Of a DNA stretch of 64,000 bases, positions 41,956 through 53,000 are shown in pieces. Each line of letters opens with the position of its first letter. Position 1 is the stretch's first letter. The stretch spans positions 682,001-746,000 of the forward strand of contig OU015568.1 of the NCBI GenBank assembly GCA_907165135.1, written 5' to 3'. Source of the stretch: Oikopleura dioica (lineage: Eukaryota; Animalia; Chordata). Position numbers and translations under genes: made by a program. The notes under the pieces were generated by a model, which had not been told where the DNA came from, searched no databases, and saw only the letters and a program-made list of their open reading frames with translations.

Positions 41956-44900
41956 CTACAGTTTGTCAAGAGTCTTGTTCTTGCTTTTGGTCGAGCTGGT
42001 GTTTGATCGAGTTGAGCGAACAGATCTAGCGGTTCCGGCGCGGCTGGATTCAGCAGAGTTTGGCGGAGCGCTTACTTGAGACAGGCCGAGTTGAACTAAT
42101 GAAATTGAATCGAAAGAAAGAGTTTGTTCTTTACCTGTGGAAGTGGCGATTGCTGCAGAGCCCTGAGAACTCCTCGATCCTCTGGAAACGATCGAACTTC
42201 GACTGGTCGACAATCTAGCAGAACTGGCGGGAGAAGAGATACTCGAAGGCGTCGGAATTCTCAGTCCACCAGCAGCCAAAGAGTCCTCAAGCTCGAGGCC
42301 TAATTCTGGATGTCGATCGCGAATCTTTCCGATGCTCTTGAGCGTTTCTTTCGACAGCTCTCGGAGGGCCTTGATTCGGGCATCAGCTTGGACGAAGTCG
42401 GAGGAGTATTGAAGTCCGTCGGCGTTCTTTTTGATGTCTTTTTCTAGCTTTGAGAGTCGCTCGGAGACGCGTTTTACTCGTTCATCGCTTTTTTCGACCT
42501 CTTTTTGGAGCTAAAATATCGTTATCAAAATGGGTAAAAATGAAGACACCAAGACTCACTGTAAGCCTCTTGCTATTCTGTTCATCAATGATCGCCTGCG
42601 TTCTGAGCAGCATCTCATTATGCGCGATAAGGGTCTGCTCCTTGAGATGGAGATCGTCTTCAAGTTCATTAACAATTCTGTTCTTGTGTCGCAGCGTTTC
42701 CGACACTGTGCGTCGATTGCGCTCCAAATTTTGCATCTCTTCGTGTTCTGCTGAGTTTTCATCTGCATGTCGTAGGCTAGAAATTAATGATAAGAACGCC
42801 AGTTGATAATTGGGAGACATAAAAGAGAACCTAGACAGTCTAGGCTAGATTCTGGGGGCTTACTTGTGTCTGAGTCTTTCATTTCCGCCATTGATGATGA
42901 CGAGCGTGTTTTCAAGCCCCTCGAGTTCAGTTTCAGCCTTTTTAATCTGCGCGTGAAGAATGTCTCCTCGTCGTTTGAGCGCTTCTTTTTCTTGAGCAGC
43001 TTGGATCACGTGGAATGCCTGCGACTTGTTTTCCTCGCCCTCTGGAGCTTTCAGCTGCATGTTAATGATTTCAAAGCGATTTCGAAGCTAGAAAAATCGT
43101 CAAAAAGAGATATTTTAAAGTATTATCGTACCATAGTAACTTTCGTTCTGCATTCATGAATCTTTTTCTGAATCGTCAGTCGCATCGCCTCATACGATTG
43201 AACATTGATCCTCGCCAGCGTTTCGTGCTGCTCAATTTCGATGCGTCGCTCCTTCAGGGACGATTCCAGCCGGGTCCGGTGCATTTCAAGATCGATAATG
43301 CCGCGCACGTGAGCGTCAGCCATTTCTTCGACCTTTTTGACTTTGAGCTTGAGGATAGCGTTTTCGACCATGAGATCTTGTTTTTCGCGGATCAGGTTTT
43401 CGTGTGCGCGTTTGCTAGTAAAAAAAGTCATTTACTTTATAAACAAGAAAACAAGTTAAAAAACAGGAGCCATCGCAAGTGGCATATTTTTTCTTACCTA
43501 GAATCATCATAAAGCTCAAACTCCTCAATTTTGCTGGAAACGTAGTTGTACTCCTTGGTGCATTTCTCCAGCAAAAGAGTAACCCTGCGACTGTTTTCGC
43601 TGAGTTTCCTCATTTGCGCGTCGATCATATTCTTTCGTTCTTGCTTCTTTTCGACCAGCGCCAGGAGTTTGTCGCGTTTTTCGATGATCGCTTGTTTCTC
43701 TTCGCTGTTTACTTCTCCAAGGACGCGGGCGATTCGACGCTCGAGGTTGGCGATTGTAAAGTCTTGATTGTAAATGATCTCTTGTGTTTTGATACTTTCA
43801 TGGTCGAGCTTCACCAGCGCGTTTTTCAGATTTCTAAGCCCGGCTTTCGCCCCATGATGCTCCAAATCAAGCTGTTTCTGTTCCCCGATCGCGTCTTGTA
43901 GCTCTTGGTGTTTCCTGAACGCGACTTTTCGGCATCTCGAGCTCATCGCTTCTTTTTCCTTCAACTTGGCCTCGTTTTCCAAGGTTATCTTCTCCGCTTC
44001 CTTGGCGGCTTCGGCGGCGGAGAGGAGACCCTTGCGAGCGCTCTCGGTCTTTTCTTCAATGTCGCGCATTTCGCCCTGCATCGTTGATAGCTTGCCTTCC
44101 ATTTGCTTGAATTGGCTCTTGAGCGAGTCGACCATCACGATTCGGGAGTCGTTTTCTTTGCGGGATCGGTCGCTCTTGTACTGCAGCGTTTTTACGTCGT
44201 CTTCGAGCTGGCGAGTTCGCTCTAGAATTGGGATTAATTACATGTTACACAGTCTTATAAAATGCCAAAAGCTGGGGCGGGAACCTTTGCTAAAACCTGA
44301 GTAAGGGTACTAAAGTATTTTCTGCGACAGATCATAGTCTCAAAAACAGGAATAAGGACCCTGACTCAGGCTCTTAAATAGGCATTCAAGCCCGAGCATT
44401 TCTTGTCTTACCTTTGATATATAATTTCTGCTCGCGAAGCTTGGAGTTCTGTCGTTCCTTGATGTCGATCTTCTTCTCCAGCTCCTTGTTATTCTCCGAC
44501 TCAGTCTGCATAAACGCCCGTTTCTCCTTGATCATCAGCTCTCGAGCGGTGATTTCTTCCCGAATCGCTTCGACTCTGTCCTCCTCGGATTTGATATCCG
44601 CATCTCTCTGCTTCATCGAGTTCAAGCTCGACTCCCACTGAGAGATCAGGTCTTGTCGGGCGGTGTGAGCGGTGCGGAACTCCTCGGCGATCTTTTCTAG
44701 CTCGAGTTGGGCGGTCAACGTCTCGGTGGTTTCCACTTCGAGTTTTCGGCGGGCGGCGTTGCGCTCTTCGGTCATTGTTTCGATGGATAATTGAAGCTCC
44801 TAAAGACAGTTATTGAGAAATCAAAGATTGACGATCGGAATTACCTTTATTTTCGAATCATCCTGCTTTCGATACTTCTGAAAGAGCAGCGCATCTTCGT

Positions 44901-45410
44901 CCCGTCTAGCTGACTCCTCCAACCAAGCTTCAAGAGCGTGCTGGTCCCATTGCATCTGATTCTTGAGCTGCTCAACCTTGCTGTTCGTCTGGTAGATCTT
45001 GTTCTCAAAGACATTTCGCTGTTCCCGAAGCGACTCGAGTTGCTTTTCAAGCGATCGGATGAGCTGCGAAAGGCGCGAGTTCTCGTGCTCGCTGACGACG
45101 GTAAAGTGCTTCTCAGTGTCGAGCTCTTTTTTGCGCGTATTTCGCATTTGAAGCGTATTCTGAAGCTCCTCCCGAACCGTCTTGAGGTGAGATTCTAAGT
45201 TCTTGATTTTGACTTTGAGATTCTCACTCTCTCCGCTTTTTTGGTCGTAATTGCGGCGAAGCTCTTGGAGTTTGGCGGTGAGCTAAAAGTTCAAAATCAA
45301 GAGTCGTCTACGCTATCAATTCATACCTTCTTGTTCTCCGAATTTGCGACCGGGATTTCCAACCCATCATCCCAGCCAATATCTTCAGCGATTCTTGCAG
45401 ATGAAGACAT
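41956..45410 (-). CDS. CCDC39: Coiled-coil domain-containing protein 39 (axonemal 96-nm ruler), multi-exon
   Basis: N-terminus MSSSARIAEDIGWDDGLEIPVANSENKK; QMQWDQHALEAWLEESARRDEDA; TETLTAQLELEKIAEEFR; QEIIYNQDF; PEGEENKSQAFHVIQAAQEKE; Ser-rich C-terminus. Confidence 0.95.
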
Positions 45411-47052
45411 TTCCTAAAAAGAGATTAATTTTTCAGAAAATTTGCCTTCTCAAAACCGGTTAAAAATAGAACTGAAGCTAGAATTTTAATTTTCAACAAC
45501 AAAAATGTCGTTCTAGAAAAAAAATATTCAAAAAATCTAAGAATCTAAGCATAAGATCGGGAATCTGTTTAAAAAGTAGAGAATTCGATGAAAAGTCGCT
45601 CGGTAGCTTTGCCAGAGTAACAAAAAATTCTTGAGATTGGTCCTTGAGTCAGGTTTCTAACAGATCTATACAGATTGCCGAGACTGGTCCGGAATAAATC
45701 AACTTCTTACCTGGAATGGTTCCGTTCAAACTGATTTTCTCTTCACCGAAAACTGAAAACAAGGAAGCGTTCTAGAGAATCTTCTACTCGAAGTTTGCGC
45801 AAGGGATGATAACAATTCAAAATGTCTAAGGAGACTAGTTCTATCGATTTTTGTCCCGCAATGCGCCAACCAAAAATTTCCATCGAGCGTCTCCATGACA
45901 ACTGGAAGAAAAAAAATAACTATTTTCGAAAATCAGCGAAAGTCTACGGTAAAATCAAACGGAAAATAACAAGTCTGAAGAAGAAACCGAAACCGAGGAT
46001 AACATATCTCGATGGAAAGACGACCTGAGCGTGGATTGACTGCGCGGCTCGATGATTGCGCATCATTAACTTGAGAACTCCGATTTCCTACGGAGTTGAC
46101 CGGAGTCCACTCACTTTTTTGATGATCTAATGGATGAGTTGGTTTGAGAAGGAGTGTATTTAGCTAAACTTTCTTAAAAAACTTATACAGAGGCTCTATA
46201 TCCTGTGTTAAGGGATCCTAAATCAGGGTCACGGACAGTAATAGAACAAGCAACTCGGACAAGTTATTCCGAAATTTCACTCGGAAACAGGGCCTGATTC
46301 AGAGTTTAAGACGGGGCATTTTGCGGTAGAAAAACTGGCTTTTGGCCTAAGTTAGGCCGCCTAAACCTTTTGAAACGGAATCCGTTTAACGGAATATTTT
46401 TATTAGACACACCTTGAAGATAGTAAGTTCATTTTCCACCGATTTTACCGTTCCGTAATTCACGCAGAGTAAAAATACCCCAACGAAAGTTTACAGTCGC
46501 TTGAAAATCGGCTGAAAAACAGTGATTCAGAAGCCGGCTGTGTTTTGGGTTTCTTCTCAATAGGCTGGAAAAGTGGGCAGATATACGATCTAATGATTGT
46601 TGCGCAGAAATAGAAAATCGCCTGTAATTGCCCGATGAACTTTAAATGTGGAAACAACTAGCTATTTTTAAAACTCATGTTTCCGAGATATTTCTATTTC
46701 TATCATTCTCTTCGATATTCCAAAACAAAATATGACCAAATTTCTTTCAATAAAATAATATTAGTTTATTGTTTAGCTCAGTGACTGTAAATTGTAAATG
46801 TATCCGTAGCAGTGGCAGCATGAAACAAAAGAAACATGTAGCAAAAATTCGAATTTGGGCTAAATGATTGAGCTAGAAACTGATTGAAGTGAAAGGCACA
46901 TGAGGTGAGTGGACAGGAAGTGAGTGAGTGCCAGGAGAAAATGAGTGAGGAGCGAAGTTTTCGTTGCTCAGGATTCGGAGTTGTTCGACTCGGACGGATA
47001 GGCTCTTTTGAAGGGTTTTCGAAATTGAAATCATAGAAGATTTGAACGAAAA

Positions 47053-50000
47053 TTAAAATTCAAATTGAAAACCATGCCTGGGGGTAGAGTCGGATGGAAG
47101 CGGCCCGTACAACGCGATGTACTTGTTCAGCTCAGCTTTGTATCCTTCGGCCTCTTTTTCGTATTTCTTCGACTTTTCCAGGGCTATCGCAAGCTCGCTC
47201 TCGAGGAGCGCGATCTGCTTCATTTTGTAGGGCATCAGGCTCGCCTTAAGAATTATTAGACTTATGCTGCATAATCATAAGTTATGCATCAAAAACGGTT
47301 AACTTACCGGAATAGAATCACAGGCACTAGCTGATTTGATGGAGATGTTAGACAACGTTATCTCCGACGGCGCCTGGGAAGATCCTGCCAACGATTGGCA
47401 AGAGCCTATTGTGCTTCCTAAAAATCATATTTGAAAGAGTCCCTATTTCAAGAATTCCTACCAGAAGTTGATCTCGCATCAAGTGAAAACCGCGGGGAAG
47501 CGTCTTGCACAGGTTCCTCACTCACTGGCGGCACTTCTTCTTTCTCTTCGTTCACTTGGTCGGTCTGCTGTCGATCTACTCGAGACTGAGCCAACTTTCT
47601 TGCCTCAAAGTGGCCTCGTCTTCGTCGGTGCCAGATGCGAGAAGTTTGCTGAGTGACAGGAGCAACTGGTTCAGGAGCTTGATCTTCGATGGGAGCTTCT
47701 TTCACTGTACTTTCTTCTGCAGCAGCTTCTTCAACTACAGCCTCTTCTTGGTCGACTTCACTCACAGGAGCGTCCTCGACGGGAGCATCTCTCTCTTCAT
47801 CATCATTATCTGGCTCGCCTCTGTTCATTTCAGAAGCCATTAGCTGCGAAGATTCTTGCATTTCAGAGGAACCAGCTGTAGAATTGAGTAATTTGTCGAC
47901 TTCCTGATCGCAAGCCGCTTCTTCCTCTGCATCGAATCGATAGCTTGCTCGGACATCATGGACAGGAGCTGCAGCTGCAGCAGGAGCATCAGGTGAAGAG
48001 CTGTTCACAACGGGATCTTGTGTAGCTTGTTCTGGATCGCTGGCGGCTTGTTCGTTCTCTATAAAGTTATATTTTAAACTAAATAAAGCAGTTAACTTTT
48101 AACCTTTCTTTTCGCACTCAGAAACAGCTGCATCAATGACTTCTCGAATGATGTTTTCGCAAAGTTCTCTCGCGAGTTCATTGAGCTCCCGGTCTTCTTT
48201 CTCCTTTTCTTCTTTGACGGCATTCTCGACAATCTTCTCGACATTTTTCTCATCCTCGTTTGCTAAATATACCAGGGTGTCAAATCGCGGGGGATCGAGA
48301 AGGGATCGCGCGCCACCGCCCACGCTCGATCCCAAGTCTGAAGGGATCGCTCGCGCGCTTTTTGAACGGAAAGGGATCGCGGTGAAAATAGCAGAGCAAA
48401 CGCGCGGGCTAGCGCCAGGCTTCATGCGTGGAATTTTCTCCGATCAAGCTCGCGCCGCTTTTCAAAAACTCAGAACTCTTCGTTATTGTCTCAAATTTTA
48501 TGAATTTTTCAGATCTAGTGTAGTTTTTCTCCTCTTTTTCTGATTAAAATTAAACTCATGTTCAAATTAAGTTTAATAAGTTTGTCTGATTATATTATTT
48601 AAAAAAAGAAAGAAATTACATCATTGTCTGTCGACAAAAGGGACAGCGGAAATGAGGAGGAAGGCTTCTTTTGTGACACGCCAAGCACATTGGTGGACAC
48701 TTTTCGCATTGAGCAGCAGCAAATACTTTTTGACAGTCATCTCGACCAATGGGACTAAATAATATGTTAAAATGTGAATATTGATACTCTTCCCCTTAAA
48801 TTTACCACCTAGGGTCGGACCCCTTACTTAGGTTTCCTTAGTTACTAAGGGTAAGGGTTTTGAAATTGATGAATCTGATGATCTCTGAAAACTCAGAAAG
48901 GAACTATGGAAAGGATTTTTTTCCGCCGAAACCCGAAAAAGGGTAAGTAAAGCATCCTTACCTTACTAAGGAAAGGACCCTTAGAAAGCAAAAAATTAAG
49001 GAAGGAAGTCCGACCCTAGCTTACCACTCCATTGGATCAGCGGGAATAAGAAGAACGGGAGGATCAATTTGGAGAGGATCATCTCCATATATTTGTAAGA
49101 CAAATATATTCAATAAACGAAGTCGAAAATGATTTCGAGATGCCGCGGCACGCTTTCGAGTCGTGAAGACGTGTTTTTTAAGCATCTTTTTATCATTTTT
49201 TGCTTTTTAGAGAGTTTTGAATTTGATAAACCTACCGATATAAGAAACATTGGCAGGAAGCGTTGATATGCGATTATTCACCAAATGGTTGATCAAAAAC
49301 AGCAACGGCTCTTTTCACGCGTTTCATTGTGAAAAGTAACTTCTCTTTGAATATTTTTTTTATTATGAAACTCTTGCTTTAGACTTTAAGATTGAATTAA
49401 CTTCAATCAAGCGAGACTTAGATCTATTCATATTATCCACGAATGTTGCTCGAATCTTCGATCTACCCGGGTCGTTCTCATCAATTTCAAGAGATCTTTT
49501 ATTTGTTTGATAATTTCTGTGCATGGAATAACGAGAGTGCTAGGGTTTCGCAAAAAAGCGAATTGGCACTGCGAATTTAGACCCCTGTTCAAACATTTTC
49601 CTGAGAAAAGTTATTTTTTCTGATGAAATAACGCACTTGGTTACATAATTGACTCGATCAGATGGTCGTATTTCCGCATGGTAATGAGAAAAGTGCCAGT
49701 CTAATGTTTGTGGCTTCACAGATTTCAAACAAATCGTGCACGCCATGGGGAACTTCCAAGCCTTTCTTGTCATACTTCTAAACTGATTTTTTTCGTTTTT
49801 TTCCAAACGTAAGAATAATAATTCTAGAGAATTTTCAAAAATAACATATTCTTGGTTCTGAATGCTTAACGGCTCAAAGACTCTCAAAAAATGAAGCCTC
49901 AAAATCGTTTTTGATACGTAGATTTTTGATTGGCTGATAGACAGTTTCGAGCGTTTTGATTGGCTGATAGACATTTCGAGAGTTTTGATTGGCTAATAGA

Positions 50001-53000
50001 CATTTTCGAGCGTTTCGATTGGCTAAGGGGCATTTTCAAGCGTTTTGATTGGCTGATTGACATTTTCGAGCGTTTTGATTGGCTGATAGACATTTTCGAG
50101 CGTTTTGATTGGCTAATAGACATTTTTGAGCGTTTTGATTGGCTAATAGACATTTTCGAGCGTTTTGATTGGCTAAGGGGCATTTTCGAGCGTTTTGATT
50201 GGCTGATAGACATTTTCGAGCGTTTTGATTGGTTAAGAGCCATTTTAGATCGGTTTGATTGGCTAAGGGCCATTTAAGGGCGTTTTAATCGACTTAAAGC
50301 CTGATTTATCCGATTTTGGTCAATTTTTGCGCGACTAAGGTTAATTTTTCTTGAAAATGGTTAATATTTGCATGACCTCGGTCAATTAATGCTTAGAATG
50401 GGTTAATTATTGCATGATCAAGGTTAATTTTCTCATGAATTCGGTTTATATTTACATGACCTCGGTCAATTTATACTTAAAAAAGGGATATTTTAGCATG
50501 ATCAAGGTTAATTTTTTCATGAATTTGGTTAATTTTTGCATGCAAAAGGTTTATAAATGCATGATTTCGACGGGAAATTTTCAGCAAAAAACATTTATTC
50601 AAATAGATTCTGTACATTTGGATAAGAAGACACTTGTAGAATGAGTTCAACAGTACTGGTGTTCAAGCAGTTTCGTTTTGAAGACATGATATCGTTCGCT
50701 TTCGAGAAGAGACGTTCGATGCTGCCGCTTGAGCCAGGAGTTGAGCGTATGAGTTGTGCGATTCTGGCGAATGTCGGGTAAGTTCCAGCGTGATGCGTGA
50801 AATACATCAAGCTCCGTTCGGCCGTACTGGCGGAGGTCTTGAACATGGGATCGAGCTGGTTCAACCATTGCTTGTATCTTTTGACGCTTTCTTTGCGCTC
50901 CATCTTGCTCTCCTTCTTGAACCATGCAGAGAACTCATCAGTTGATGATTTTTCGCATTCATCCTCGTCGCTCGAATATTGCTCCATTTCTTCCTCGAAA
51001 GTCGACTTTGCTTGAGAAGATGGAGGTGTCGGCGGAGCGCGCTCCTGTGAGTTTGGAGGAGTCAACGTCTTTGGCTGTGATGAAGGAGCTGCTGATGGTG
51101 TCTTCTGTTGCTGGTTTTCAACAGGAACCTAAAATAAAGTTAATTATTAATGCTGTTTTATGTAAAAATTGATCGCGTCTGAGTAAAAATGGACCTTTCC
51201 TATGAAAAATTCATCCGATTTCGGGTAAAAATTTACCGCTTAATGCAAAAATTAATCGAAACTTGGTAGAAATTAACCTTTTTTGGGAAAAAATTAACCA
51301 GCTCCGGGTAAAAATTAACCTTTACTTACAAGAATGAAGATTTCCTCAATTGGTTTGGTTTGCTCAGCTAGGTCAAAGAAGGTCTTGCGCATTGTCTCCT
51401 TCCAGACAGGAACTGCAGTATCGAAGCAATTGATGAGGGTGTCGTATGTAGACTTGGTGATGAACGAATCCTTCTCAAAGGCGTCGTCAAGTCGGTTACG
51501 GATCAAGGTGAATTCGAAGTGACGGCTAAAGAAGTCAAGGGAGAGCCCGATCAAAGCAGCTGGATTTGCTCTCGATTTGATGTAGGATCCTCTCGATGGC
51601 TTCCGTCCAGTGATGTTAGCACCGAAAATGTAGTCTGCTACGGTCAGAATCAGCTCCTGGTGGATTTCCTTGAAGTCAGCCGGATCAATTTGAAGCAAGA
51701 ATTTCAGCAAGTCGAACAGTTTTGTTAGAGTGTCACCAACCGAGAAGTGATCCGAATCGGTGGACGCCAGAGCAGGCTCGAAGACTTGGGAGACTGAGTG
51801 GAGGTAATGAACGAGCTTCCAGTCGATTTCGTGTAAGATCGACTTTGAGTCAGTCAGGTACTTCTGGTGGCGACGAAGAAGAGGTTCGTTTGCCATGAGC
51901 TGCTTGTAGGTCGTGATGAAAGATCTGAAAGATAAAGTTAATAATTACATATTTTCGATTAGTTTAAACATGACCTCGGTTAATTTTATCGTGAAACGGT
52001 AAATTTTTACATGAAAAGGGTCAATTTTTACATTGAAAGGGTTAATTTTTACATAAAGGGGTTAATTTTTACATTAAAACGGTCAATATTTACATGAAAA
52101 GGGTCAAATTTTTCACGAAAAGGGTCAATTTTTACATGGAATGGGTCAATTTTTACATGGAAAAGGTCAATTGTTACAAGCAATGATGAAGAACAAACCT
52201 GAATCTGATGTAATAGATCCTGTCGATCGTAACGAATTTGTCGTAATTCGGGTAGAATTGCCTGATGTGCTTGAGCTCGTCTTCAGTTGGAGTGTAGCTT
52301 TTCACCAGATCATTGAAGGATTTCTCGGAGCAGTCGTCTCGTTCAGCTCGATGATTGCATGCTGAGACCGCTTTCTCGATCTCGACACAGCTATCGCCGA
52401 CGATTGCATCGCTCTGGACAAGGGTAATATATCTAAAGTGAAGACGTTATTTGATGAAATAAGAATGATGTATTTACCTTTTTAACTGATTCGAAATCGT
52501 GTGGCTTGCACAGACAACGGCGAAGTAGTCGGAGAAGGCCTGAGCCATTGGCGCATCTCCAACAACTGGAAGTCGTTTTGCGTGAAAAAACTCGAGGATA
52601 TTCCAATCCGAGAGGACGTTTTCTAGTTGTCGACGTACATTCGCATCAGTTGCTTTGAAGATGACCCCGTAATGAAGAAGAAAAATCGTGTCTTTCGCAG
52701 GTTCGAATCGTAAAAGCCGATGAAGACCCCAAGGTATTTGCTACTTCTTTCTTTCGTTAGCCGAGGGCAGTCGAATCCATCAAGGACCAAGCAACATCTG
52801 TTTTCCTGGATGAGACCAGGCAGCTTGGACTTGACGATACCATTCGAAACGGTACTTTTGCGCCTTGAAAATTTATATATCCAAATATAATGGTTAATTT
52901 TTACCTGAGAATCTTCACAATTTTGTGACTGCTTATTCCATTCGCTATTGCCTGATGAGCCCTTGCGCAAAATTTCTTCATTGTTTCGGTTTCAAAAGCA

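Noticed and set aside
49421-49930. About 8 bp of indel differences between the two element copies
   Set aside because: Those inspected are homopolymer-length differences, more likely long-read consensus errors than biology
49899-50277. ORFs of (MSISQSKRSK)n / (DIFERFDWLI)n, and the array's superficial CRISPR-like look
   Set aside because: They are translations of a 30-bp tandem repeat; there are no unique spacers or cas genes, and the context is eukaryotic
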